Positions 13,331-21,907 of a DNA stretch of 32,000 bases are shown here, one piece after another. Made by a program: the position numbers and the translations under genes. Every line of letters begins with the position of its first letter. The stretch's first letter is position 1. Source of the DNA: Candidatus Brocadia sp. (lineage in GTDB: Bacteria; Planctomycetota; Brocadiia; Brocadiales; Brocadiaceae); assembly GCA_021650915.1 (NCBI GenBank), contig CP091279.1, forward strand, positions 510,001 through 542,000. The letters run 5' to 3'. The notes below the pieces were generated by a model that saw only the letters and a program-made list of their open reading frames with translations, ran no database searches and was not told where the DNA came from.

Positions 13331-15619
13331 CTATCGTTCTGTTATATCTCTAAATACACCCGTAATCCTGATTGGCTTACCGCTTTCATCTCGCTCTAAA
13401 TTGGACGTCCTCTCAGAAATGAATCGCTCTCCATTTTTCCTCTTACAGTATGACGTAAAATCTCTCCATATACCGTCCTTTTCCAATTTTGCAATCAATT
13501 CCTTTCGATCATCAGGATTCACATAGATGTCCTTTACCTGTGTCCCAATCACTTCTTCCGGCGAGTTGTAGCCAAGGATCTCTGCCCCAGCCTGATTGAT
13601 CCAGGTAAATGTCCCATCTACCGTCGGAGCGCTTTGGTATATCCCTTCTTTTAATGAATCCAGCAATTGTCTGTAGTGCCTCTCGGATTCCTGTAATTCC
13701 TCTTCAGACCTCTTTCTCTCGGTGATATCCCTGAATATTCCATCTATGCGTGTCGGTTTCCCCTTATCATCAGTAACCAGATTTGATGTGCGTTCCATAC
13801 AAAAACGTTCACCGTTTTTCCTCTTGCACAGGGAAGAAAAATTCCTCCATACCCCTTCCTTCGTCAACTTTTCAACTATTATTTTTCGGTCGTCTGGATT
13901 TATATAAATATTCTTTACCCTCGTTCCAATGGCTTCTTCCGGTGAGTTGTAGCCAAGGATCTCTGCCCCAGCCTGATTGATCCAGGTAAATACTCCATCC
14001 GCGGTCGGTTCGGATTGATATACCCCTTCTTTGATTGAATCGAATAACACGCGGTACCTCTTCTCAGATTCAACAATCTCTATCTCCGTTCTTTTTCTCT
14101 CTGAAATGTCCCTGAAGACTCCATGGATAGCCACAGGCAGTTCTTTCTCATCCTTTAGCAAATTGCTGGTGCGTTCCGCATAAAAACTGTCGCCATTTTT
14201 CCTTTTGCAAAGGGATACAAACTCCCTCCATACTCCGTCTTTTTCGAGCCTCTCGCACAGCCGTCTCCGGTCTTCCGGATCCACATAAATATCCTTTACC
14301 TTTGTCCCGATCACCTCCTCCGGAGAACTATATCCCAGGATTTCCGCGCCTGCCCTGTTAATAAAGGTAAACACACCCTCTGCCCCTGGCTCGGACTGAT
14401 ACACCCCTTCTTTTAGAGATTCAAACATGCCCCGATACCGTTTTTCTGATTCCACGACCTCCCGTGTCTTCTCACCCAAAGACTTCGCCATCGTGTTAAA
14501 AGAATTGGCCAATCCCCCGATCTCATCTTCTCTTTTGATGTCCACCCGATGGGTTAAATCCCCTGCCGCCATCTTCTCGGTTACTTCCCGCAACTTAAGA
14601 ATGGGAATCGATGTCTTCCGACCAATGAAATACGCCACAATCACTATGGGAAATGCAATCACCAGGAGCACAGAACTCACGATATATTTAAGGTTATAAG
14701 CAGCCCCATACCCTTCATCCCGGTCTATTTCCGCAATAATGCCCCAATTAAATTCCGGCAACCAGCGCCATACCCCGAGCACGGTCAGCCCGCTATAATC
14801 CTTATACCCTTTTGCATCAAAACCGTTATTCCCCGCTATGCACTGCTTCACGCCATTCGTCAAGTCTCCCGTCTCAGGGGTAACCAGTTTCAATTCCAGG
14901 GCGCATCGCTTTTTTACCAGCCCCATCTCTTTCAGGTGAGTTGCAAACCGTGATTCCGTAATCATATACCCATCTTTGTTCACCAGATAGGTTTCTCCCG
15001 TTTTACCCAGATTCAGACTCAGCATCAGGTCGTTCAGGACATTCGCGTCCACCCGAATGGCAACAACGCCAATCACAACCCCATCCCGGTCCTTAAGCGG
15101 TGTTGAAACGAACATGGTAGGCAAACCCAGCTCCTTCTCTCCTAATTCATTCGTCAGCGGAACCTCCGAGGGAATTATGCTCGATGCGGAAGTGTTCCCC
15201 TGTATCGCATGCCTGAAATAATCCATCCGTGAAACGTCAGCGCCCACAGCCTCTCCGGCAGTACCAACGGTTATCACACCCGAGTCGTTACATACGAAGA
15301 CGCCTTTATAGCCATACTCACCCCTCGCCACCTCCAAATATTGGACAATATCAGGGTAATCCCGATCATCCGTGGCGATCCTTGCGCTTCTGATCATCAG
15401 GGGATTATTCGCAATCACGCGGGCATTCTTCATTCTCTCATGCATCCACGTAGTAACCAGCTCTGCCTGTTTATGCCCAATACCATCAAGGTTCCTGATC
15501 AGGACTTCCTGAAGGTCAGACTGTATCCGTGGGTAGGCAATAATCCGCAATACGACAAAGGGCAGTAACGTAAATACAATCAGTAAAAAAATAATCCGAT
15601 TTTTAATCGAGATATACAT
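13331..15619 (-). CDS. Membrane sensor: TM - Cache-type domain - TM - HAMP - three tandem PAS domains, no output domain
   Basis: 762 aa. HAMP: IPILKLREVTEKMAAGDLTHRVDIKREDEIGGLANSFNTMAKSL. Three ~119-127-aa PAS units each start ESE[KR].YR and end G[VI]FRDI[ST]ER. The ORF stops right after the third PAS (TAG 13331-13333). GGAGA lies 5 nt upstream of the ATG at 15619. Confidence 0.8.
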   Translation of the reverse strand: MYISIKNRIIFLLIVFTLLPFVVLRIIAYPRIQSDLQEVLIRNLDGIGHKQAELVTTWMHERMKNARVIANNPLMIRSARIATDDRDYPDIVQYLEVARGEYGYKGVFVCNDSGVITVGTAGEAVGADVSRMDYFRHAIQGNTSASSIIPSEVPLTNELGEKELGLPTMFVSTPLKDRDGVVIGVVAIRVDANVLNDLMLSLNLGKTGETYLVNKDGYMITESRFATHLKEMGLVKKRCALELKLVTPETGDLTNGVKQCIAGNNGFDAKGYKDYSGLTVLGVWRWLPEFNWGIIAEIDRDEGYGAAYNLKYIVSSVLLVIAFPIVIVAYFIGRKTSIPILKLREVTEKMAAGDLTHRVDIKREDEIGGLANSFNTMAKSLGEKTREVVESEKRYRGMFESLKEGVYQSEPGAEGVFTFINRAGAEILGYSSPEEVIGTKVKDIYVDPEDRRRLCERLEKDGVWREFVSLCKRKNGDSFYAERTSNLLKDEKELPVAIHGVFRDISERKRTEIEIVESEKRYRVLFDSIKEGVYQSEPTADGVFTWINQAGAEILGYNSPEEAIGTRVKNIYINPDDRKIIVEKLTKEGVWRNFSSLCKRKNGERFCMERTSNLVTDDKGKPTRIDGIFRDITERKRSEEELQESERHYRQLLDSLKEGIYQSAPTVDGTFTWINQAGAEILGYNSPEEVIGTQVKDIYVNPDDRKELIAKLEKDGIWRDFTSYCKRKNGERFISERTSNLERDESGKPIRITGVFRDITER
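13334..14452 (-). repeat. Intragenic tandem triplication (three PAS-coding units, period ~378-381 nt)
   Basis: Units 2 and 3 are identical at 87 of 119 aa by hand alignment. A 48-nt block is identical at 13563-13610 and 13944-13991. Confidence 0.8.
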
Positions 15620-15770
15620 AGATTTCTCCGTAATTTAGCAAAATAGAACGCACCGCTTTATGAAAAAATAAAAATCTGTGGCTTTCAAGTCGATGTCTAT
15701 AACTTCCCTGATTTTCCCTGAGCGCTTCTGTTTAAACACCCATCAGTTCCTTTGTGCAGAAGATTTTGCC

Positions 15771-15789
15771 AAGTATACAATCGTATACT
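15771..15789. promoter_or_regulatory. Candidate operator: aaGTATAC-aatc-GTATACt
   Basis: Same 19-mer as 11109-11127 with one difference in the spacer. It lies 152-170 nt upstream of the Cache-HAMP-PAS gene start. A degenerate third copy GTATAC-ttat-GTAAAC is at 15863-15878. Confidence 0.4.
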
Positions 15790-16136
15790 TAAACGAAATG
15801 CATGCCAATGATGTTAAAAAAACAGAAATTGTCGTCCTTTTTTTATAAGAGACGCCAAACGAGTATACTTATGTAAACGATAATTTATTCGGCAATGCCT
15901 TGTTTGCGCAATGCCTGACGGAAAAGACCATTTCATTGTGAAACGAGGGTTTCATATGTTGAATATCGTTTGCAAAATCAGATACCAGGTAAACGACTGG
16001 ATACTGGCGAGTCATATAGCCAAATATTTACCTGAATTAATCGCGCATATTCTTCATGGTATTTCACCAATACAGACAAAAAACAGATAGTTTTTGACCT
16101 CACGGGTTTTTTCCTTATAATAGCGTAATATCATAG

Positions 16137-16355
16137 CGCGGCACAGCCGCAACCAAATTTCCTTTATGAAAGCGGGGAGATTGCTTCGGAAAAGGCCCTC
16201 GCAATGACAGCGACCATGCACTTTGATGGCACACGGCACGTTGTCATTGCGAGTGAAGCGAAGCAATCTTTCACTCATAAAAAACGGTACCTCCTGAAAG
16301 GGGTTTGTGAAAAAACTTACAGAAAAAAGAAGTTTTTATACAGTAATACTATATG
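16137..16355 (+). repeat. Modular intergenic repeat, type A copy 2
   Basis: Head cgcggcacagccgcaaccaaa. Hairpin block 16180-16294 pairs gattgcttcg/cgaagcaatc and ctcgcaatgaca/tgtcattgcgag. Tail cttacagaaaaaagaagtttttatacagtaatactatatg. Ends 170 nt upstream of otsA. Confidence 0.7.
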
Positions 16356-16524
16356 AGCATATGAGATTTGCAGTATTTGGAATGACGGTCAACGCCTGTT
16401 TGAGCATGGTGAATGAGTAACGAGCAGCCTGAAACGTTTGGTAGCCAGGCCTTAATGTTTCCATTTCAAGTGGTTCAAGCTGATGCGGCACGGCAGTATT
16501 CGTTTGTCAGGAGTATAAAGGAAT

Positions 16525-17997
16525 ATGATTTATACAAAAGAGTCGATCAAAGAACTTATTTCGAATAAACTGAAAGATTATAAGCTTATCGTTGTCTCAA
16601 ATCGCGAACCTTACATACACTACTATGCAGGCGAAGAGATTAAATACATCATTCCGGCCAGCGGGATGGTCACGGCGCTGGATCCCATTATCCGGGCTGA
16701 AGGAGGAACATGGATCGCCCATGGCAGCGGTGACGCCGACAAGGAAGTGGTAGACGGCAAAGATTGTATTGCCGTTCCGCCTGATAATCCCCAGTATACT
16801 CTCCGGCGGGTTTGGCTCACCCATGAGGAGGAAGAGCAGTTTTATTACGGCTTTTCCAATGAGGCGCTGTGGCCGCTTTGCCATATTGTGTACGTTAAGC
16901 CAAAATTTCAGGAGACGGATTGGCTTGCCTACAAATCGGTGAATCAGAAATTTGCCAATGTGATTCTGGAAGAAGTCGGAAATGACAAGGCCTTCGTTTT
17001 CATCCAGGATTACCATTTTACCTTGCTTCCCAGGATGCTTAAGGAAAGCAGGCCTGACCTGCTGGTGGCTCAGTTCTGGCATATCCCGTGGCCAAACCGG
17101 GAGGCATTCCGCATATGCCCGTGGGGTCAGGAAATTCTGGAGGGGCTCCTGGGAAATGACCTCCTGGGATTCCACATCCAGTACCACTGCAACAATTTTC
17201 TCGATACCATCGATAGAAATCTGGAGTCAAAGATTGATTATAGTAAATTTACCGCCACAAAGGGCGGTAAGGTTACTCATGTTCGGCCATTCCCTATCAG
17301 TATTGACTTTGAGGAGTTGAGTGTGCGGGCACGGAGCGTGGAAGTTGAAAATGAAATGATGCGGGTGAAAAAGGAACTGGGTTTAAAGAATCAGATCATA
17401 GGCGTGGGTTTGGACCGCGTTGATTACACCAAGGGCATTCCGGAAAGATTCAAAGCCATCGACAGATTCCTTGAACGATATCCGGAATACAAAGGGCGAT
17501 TTACCTTCATACAAGCGGGAACCATTAGCCGCATACAAATCGACGATTATCGTAATTATAATGATATTATCTACGATCTCATGGTAGAGATTAATCATAA
17601 ATACCACAGCGGGAGATGGACACCCCTTCGGTTGCTGAAATCGCACTTTAACCGCATAAACATACAAGCGCTGTACCGGTTGTCGGACATCTGTATCGTG
17701 AGCTCATTGCACGATGGCATGAATCTGGTTGCCAAGGAGTTTATCGCCACACGGTTCGATGAGTCGGGGGTATTGCTTCTCAGCCGGTTTACCGGCGCAG
17801 CCGAAGAACTCACGGGCAGCATTCAAATCAATCCTTACGCTACCGACACCTTTGCCGAGGCGATAAAGGCCGCCATCGAAATGCCTCCCGATGAGAAAAA
17901 GAAACGGATGCAACGTATGAGGGAACAGGTGCTTGAGCACAATGTTTACAATTGGGGGCAGAGTATTGTGAACGAACTCATCAAATTAGACCAATGA
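16525..17997 (+). CDS. otsA: Alpha,alpha-trehalose-phosphate synthase (GT20)
   Basis: 490 aa. Motifs VVSNREPY, GFSNEALWPLCH, IQDYHFTLLPRML, FWHIPWP, SLHDGMNLVAKEF. Confidence 0.93.
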   Translation: MIYTKESIKELISNKLKDYKLIVVSNREPYIHYYAGEEIKYIIPASGMVTALDPIIRAEGGTWIAHGSGDADKEVVDGKDCIAVPPDNPQYTLRRVWLTHEEEEQFYYGFSNEALWPLCHIVYVKPKFQETDWLAYKSVNQKFANVILEEVGNDKAFVFIQDYHFTLLPRMLKESRPDLLVAQFWHIPWPNREAFRICPWGQEILEGLLGNDLLGFHIQYHCNNFLDTIDRNLESKIDYSKFTATKGGKVTHVRPFPISIDFEELSVRARSVEVENEMMRVKKELGLKNQIIGVGLDRVDYTKGIPERFKAIDRFLERYPEYKGRFTFIQAGTISRIQIDDYRNYNDIIYDLMVEINHKYHSGRWTPLRLLKSHFNRINIQALYRLSDICIVSSLHDGMNLVAKEFIATRFDESGVLLLSRFTGAAEELTGSIQINPYATDTFAEAIKAAIEMPPDEKKKRMQRMREQVLEHNVYNWGQSIVNELIKLDQ

Positions 17998-18839
17998 AAT
18001 ATGCATTTGACCATCTTCAGGCTATCCGGGAACTGCTCCTGGCGCATGATAAAATAACCCTTTTGACCGACTTTGACGGCACTTTAACGCCTATCCAGGA
18101 ACATCCAGACCTTGCTATCCTTTCAGAGGATATACGGCAAATTTTATTAAAGTTTTCTCAGAGCAGGATATTCTTTCTTGGGATTATAACGGGCCGTTCG
18201 CTCCGGCAGATAAAAAAACTGGTAAATATTCCCAAAATACTGTATGCCGCCAATCATGGAATTGAACTGGAGGGACCAGGTATACGGTTCAGCTGCGCTG
18301 AGGCGAAAAAGGCACGGTACAACCTCTGGCATGTCTATATGAGGCTTTTTAACGCCCTGAGGCATATTGAAGGGATATACCTGGAGGATAAAGGATATGC
18401 CGTTAGTTTACATTACCGCCTGGTCAAAAAGGCGCGTGACACGGAATTCGTAACAAAGACTCTCGACAGTATTATAAAACCCTACCTTGAAAAAAAGATC
18501 CTGTCCCTGTGTACGGGAAAGATGGTTTACGAGATACGGCCGCCGGTAACGTGGAACAAGGCGACTACGATTCAGTGGTTGCTGACCAATTATCTTCCTT
18601 TAGCATTCAGCGGGGATGCCCTTCTTGTTTATCTCGGTGATGATCAGGCAGATATTGAAGTGTTTACCGCCCTGAGCGGGAAAAAGCTGACGATCTTTGT
18701 TGGTACGCCAACCGACACATCCGCGGCTGATTATTATGTCCATTCCCCGGAAGAGGTAAAATCTTTTTTAGAATTTCTCTATAAACAAAAGGATGAGGGC
18801 CACCATGATCTCCTTACCGAAGGCAAAAGAGCCATTTAA
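17994..18839 (+). CDS. otsB: Trehalose-6-phosphate phosphatase (HAD superfamily)
   Basis: The ATG at 17994 overlaps the otsA stop (ATGA). HAD motif I is LLTDFDGTLTP, motif II is ITGRS, motif IV is GDDQADIE. The track start at 17952 lies inside otsA and is less likely. Confidence 0.85.
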   Translation: MKYAFDHLQAIRELLLAHDKITLLTDFDGTLTPIQEHPDLAILSEDIRQILLKFSQSRIFFLGIITGRSLRQIKKLVNIPKILYAANHGIELEGPGIRFSCAEAKKARYNLWHVYMRLFNALRHIEGIYLEDKGYAVSLHYRLVKKARDTEFVTKTLDSIIKPYLEKKILSLCTGKMVYEIRPPVTWNKATTIQWLLTNYLPLAFSGDALLVYLGDDQADIEVFTALSGKKLTIFVGTPTDTSAADYYVHSPEEVKSFLEFLYKQKDEGHHDLLTEGKRAI

Positions 18840-19560
18840 ATTCTATACACAAACCCATATACCTGAACTTACCGGACTCAGGGCGAGCAATCTGCAGGAA
18901 CTGCTTGCCGTTATAAAAACCGTCCCCGGCTCTGTTATTTACTACCACACCCATCGTTTTCTCCAGCAACACCAATATCTCTCACCAGAACCCCCCAATG
19001 ACTTTGCTTACTGGATTACGGGTATCATAGGCGAAGAGGAGCTTGGGGAATCATTGTATAGTATCGATACCATTCAATACACAACCATCCGTGAGCTTCG
19101 GGACGAGATTATTCGTACGATCGAGGATTACATAAAAAAATATCCCCGATCGCTTCAAAGATTTACGATACCCGGAGATGAGTTCCATTTTATAAAATCG
19201 GTTAGCTTTATTTATCAAACGCCTTATACCGCATCAGACCTCAAGGAATTTCAGGCTGCATTGCAGAGGGTAACGCTGGAATCTATCTATTTTCATATGT
19301 TTGAGGCAAGGCTTCGTATCGGGAAGGGCATCAACGATTTTTCAAAATGGCTTGAAGACGGTTTGGCAGAAAGCAAGCTGGCAAACAAAATCGCCGCCCT
19401 TGATCCGTACACCCACACAACGGAAAATCTCCGGTTTACACTGGTAAAATTAATTGAAAAACAGATTGTTGATCATATGAAAAAACCGCAAGAAACAGAG
19501 ATTATTCTTTCTAATCCGAACGAGTCGGAAAAGGCAAAATCTGGGACACAAAATTCGTAA
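18805..19560 (+). CDS. Conserved-looking protein of unknown function made of two tandem ~110-aa homologous halves
   Basis: GGATGAGG RBS-like sequence lies 5-6 nt upstream of the ATG at 18805 (alternative ATG at 18793). The halves align: FKFYT...ASNLQELLAVIKTV.GSVIYYHTHRF...PNDFAYWI versus FHFIK...ASDLKEFQAALQRVTLESIYFHMFEA...INDFSKWL. It overlaps the otsB 3' end. Confidence 0.6.
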   Translation: MISLPKAKEPFKFYTQTHIPELTGLRASNLQELLAVIKTVPGSVIYYHTHRFLQQHQYLSPEPPNDFAYWITGIIGEEELGESLYSIDTIQYTTIRELRDEIIRTIEDYIKKYPRSLQRFTIPGDEFHFIKSVSFIYQTPYTASDLKEFQAALQRVTLESIYFHMFEARLRIGKGINDFSKWLEDGLAESKLANKIAALDPYTHTTENLRFTLVKLIEKQIVDHMKKPQETEIILSNPNESEKAKSGTQNS

Positions 19561-19566
19561 GTCAAG

Positions 19567-19593
19567 TCTGTCAGGGTTTAAAACCCTGACAGA
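19567..19593. repeat. 27-bp palindrome, family E, immediately after a stop codon (possible terminator hairpin)
   Basis: tctgtcagggttt a aaaccctgacaga has 13-nt perfect arms and starts 7 nt after the stop at 19560. No U-run follows. Confidence 0.5.
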
Positions 19594-19610
19594 GGTTCTC
19601 TCGTTCATAA

Positions 19611-19722
19611 TGCAGCACAGCCGCGACCAAAAAAGTTCAACCACAAAGAACGCAAGGTTTTACACAAAGATCACAAAGAAAAGATTACAGAAAAAAGAAG
19701 TTTTTGGAGAGTGATACTATAG
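19611..19722 (+). repeat. Modular intergenic repeat, type B copy 2
   Basis: 112 bp, collinear with 9857-9968 (about 98 of 112 identical by hand alignment). Confidence 0.75.
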
Positions 19723-20094
19723 TGCGCGTTTTGAGTGTATGATGTAACTTTCCATACAAAACAAAAAAATCGTTAGAATAAAAGCCTCTGCCCGCTTCAC
19801 ATAAATGCGAATTCATGACGGGCAAGGCTGGGGAGGAGGGGGCAATCGTTATCCGTGCAATCCCCGAAATAAACAGGGCGCTGCCGCCCGTCTGTGATAT
19901 GGCGATAGAGGCACAGGCAATCATGTTTTATATGATGAAAGATGGAATGAATTTCGTCGGCGCTGCAAAAACTTGAAAAACGTACCCCGTATCAAATGCT
20001 GATATGGAAAAGCGAATCCCGCCGAACAACATGAGGAAATGGTCTCAGAGGCGATAAAAAGCTTTATGGAAAAAGTAATGAAGGATAAAGAATA

Positions 20095-21318
20095 ATGCCA
20101 AAGATTACCGAGTATGAACCGATTGTGGGTCCAAACACCATTGAAGAGTTGCGGTTGCTGGCCGGCAAACTCCAGGGAAAGATAATTCAGAACGTCAATT
20201 CCACGGCAGTGGGTGGCGGTGTGGCGGAAATCCTCAATCACATGGTGCCCTTATTGCAGGAATTGGGGGTGGACGCCCGATGGGATTTTATTAAAGGCGG
20301 TGAGAGCTTCTTCAATGCCACAAAAAAATTTCATAATGCCTTGCACGGAAAACCAGAGGAAATTACCCCGCACATGTTCGAAACCTTTATGGAAACCAGT
20401 CAGAGGAATATTGACGAGGTGAAAATGTATGGAGACGTTATGCTTATCCATGATCCTCAGCCCATTGCTCTGGTTAAAAAAAAGGACTCCATGCCCGGCA
20501 GCAAGTGGATCTGGCGATGTCATATTGACGTCTCAACACCCAACAAACAAGTATGGGATTTTCTGGCGTCATTTATCCATCAATACGATGGCGCTGTTTT
20601 TTCTGCCCCGGGTTTTTCGCAACCATTGCCGATCCGGCAATTCCTGATATCCCCCTCTATTGATCCCTTAAGTGACAAGAACAAGGATTTACCCCAGGAA
20701 GCGATAGACGCTGTGTTAGAAAAATATCACATCACGAACGATAAACCTATCATTACCCAAGTATCGCGGTTTGATTATTTAAAAGACCCGATTGGCGTTA
20801 TTGAGGCATATCGTCTGGTGAAGAAGCGTATTAACTGCCAGCTCATTATCGCCGGCGGAACGGCAACTGACGACCCTGAATCGACCAGGGTTTTCGGTGA
20901 GACAAGAGAGGCGGCCGGGAATGACCCAGACATTCATATCCTTCCCGTTCCGTCCGGCAGCGATCTGGAAATCAATGCACTCCAGAGGGCATCTACCGTT
21001 ATCGTGCAAAAATCGCTTCGTGAAGGATTTGGGCTTACCGTAACTGAAGCGTTGTGGAAGGCGAAGCCCATTGTTGCATCCAGCACAGGGGGGATCCCGC
21101 TGCAGGTTAAACATAAGTACAGTGGCCTTCTCTGCCACAGTATTTCCGGTGCGGCCTTCGCCATCAAGCAGTTGTTGAACAGCCCGGAATATGCCAAAAG
21201 GCTCGGCGAAAATGGACGCGAGCACGTCAGACAAAACTTCCTCCTTACCCGCCATTTAAAGGACTACATGCTCCTGTTTCTGAGCATGTACCATCCTGAA
21301 GACATTATCTATTTGTAA
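20095..21318 (+). CDS. treT: Trehalose glycosyltransferring synthase (TreT-type GT4)
   Basis: 407 aa. Collinear with archaeal TreT as I remember it: NVNSTAVGGGVAEILNHMVPLLQELGVDARW, FFNATKKFHNALHG, HDPQP, WIWRCHID, SPSIDPLSDKN, PIITQVSRFD. GT4 E-x7-E motif is EGFGLTVTE. Confidence 0.88.
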   Translation: MPKITEYEPIVGPNTIEELRLLAGKLQGKIIQNVNSTAVGGGVAEILNHMVPLLQELGVDARWDFIKGGESFFNATKKFHNALHGKPEEITPHMFETFMETSQRNIDEVKMYGDVMLIHDPQPIALVKKKDSMPGSKWIWRCHIDVSTPNKQVWDFLASFIHQYDGAVFSAPGFSQPLPIRQFLISPSIDPLSDKNKDLPQEAIDAVLEKYHITNDKPIITQVSRFDYLKDPIGVIEAYRLVKKRINCQLIIAGGTATDDPESTRVFGETREAAGNDPDIHILPVPSGSDLEINALQRASTVIVQKSLREGFGLTVTEALWKAKPIVASSTGGIPLQVKHKYSGLLCHSISGAAFAIKQLLNSPEYAKRLGENGREHVRQNFLLTRHLKDYMLLFLSMYHPEDIIYL

Positions 21319-21351
21319 ATTCTCAGATTCTTACAGAAGGAAAGCATAATT

Positions 21352-21798
21352 ATGAAAGTAAAAGACATCATGGACACCGCTCCGGATCTGCTCCGTGTCT
21401 CAGATACCTTTGCACATCTCATCACAATACTCGATCAGGTTAAATATCATGTTATCTACGTAGTAGATGATGGCAATAAGCTGGCGGGTGTCCTGACCGA
21501 GTCTGATATTCTGAAAGTATTAATACCAAAATACCTAACGATCGACGAATCGCTTATTTCGGTGATGGACGTAAACTATTTCGAAAAAAAATGCAGGGAA
21601 AGCAAGGATTTGACGGTCACCGATATTATGACGAAAAGTCTTATAACCGTATCCGAAGATGAACCCTTGATAAAGGCAGCCGCGCTTATCGTTGTTCATA
21701 AGATACATTCCCTGCCGGTAGTGCGAAACGGCAACATTGTGGGAATTGTGCCGCGGCAAATATTGCTCAAGCATATTACAAAAATCCTTGCGGAATAA
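21352..21798 (+). CDS. CBS-domain pair protein
   Basis: 148 aa. Two CBS units (VKDIM...VVDDGNKLAGVLTESDILK and VTDIMTKSLITV...HSLPVVRNGNIVGIVPRQILLKHI). No other domain present. Confidence 0.85.
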   Translation: MKVKDIMDTAPDLLRVSDTFAHLITILDQVKYHVIYVVDDGNKLAGVLTESDILKVLIPKYLTIDESLISVMDVNYFEKKCRESKDLTVTDIMTKSLITVSEDEPLIKAAALIVVHKIHSLPVVRNGNIVGIVPRQILLKHITKILAE

Positions 21799-21907
21799 TA
21801 AATTGAATTGTTTAATCCTGCAAGGAGCGACGTCACACAGAGGGAGATAACAATGATTGAAATAACCGAAGCACAAACAACTACGATCTCATGGAGGAGA
21901 TGAATAC

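Noticed and set aside
16054-16278. 74-aa minus-strand ORF; similarly 19450-19644, and the three ORFs at 27525-27887
   Set aside because: They are translations of the dispersed repeats and hairpins (for example HCEGLFRSNLP, VELFWSRLCC, GVAQASCLHRWRQDACAT). The same sequences recur as DNA repeats regardless of frame.
16597-17187. Long antisense ORFs inside otsA; similarly 20779-21255 in treT, 22717-23157 in the permease, 24325-24615 in the ATPase and 28355-28735 in treZ
   Set aside because: Each is opposite a gene with unambiguous family motifs. They are explained by codon-composition mirror effects, and no RBS or motifs are present.
17952-17993. Track start at 17952 for otsB
   Set aside because: It would overlap otsA by 46 nt. 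The ATG at 17994 gives the common ATGA stop/start overlap and a normal HAD phosphatase N-terminus.
19780-19920. G-rich segment upstream of treT as a possible riboswitch
   Set aside because: I could not match it to any riboswitch consensus I know (glycine, c-di-GMP, ZTP, fluoride, TPP, SAM) and saw no convincing conserved helices. An Infernal/Rfam scan would be needed.
20039-20095. 18-codon ORF (MVSEAIKSFMEKVMKDKE) ending in TAATG at the treT start
   Set aside because: The only purine-rich stretch (GAGGA) ends 1 nt before its ATG, too close for a functional RBS. There is no other support.
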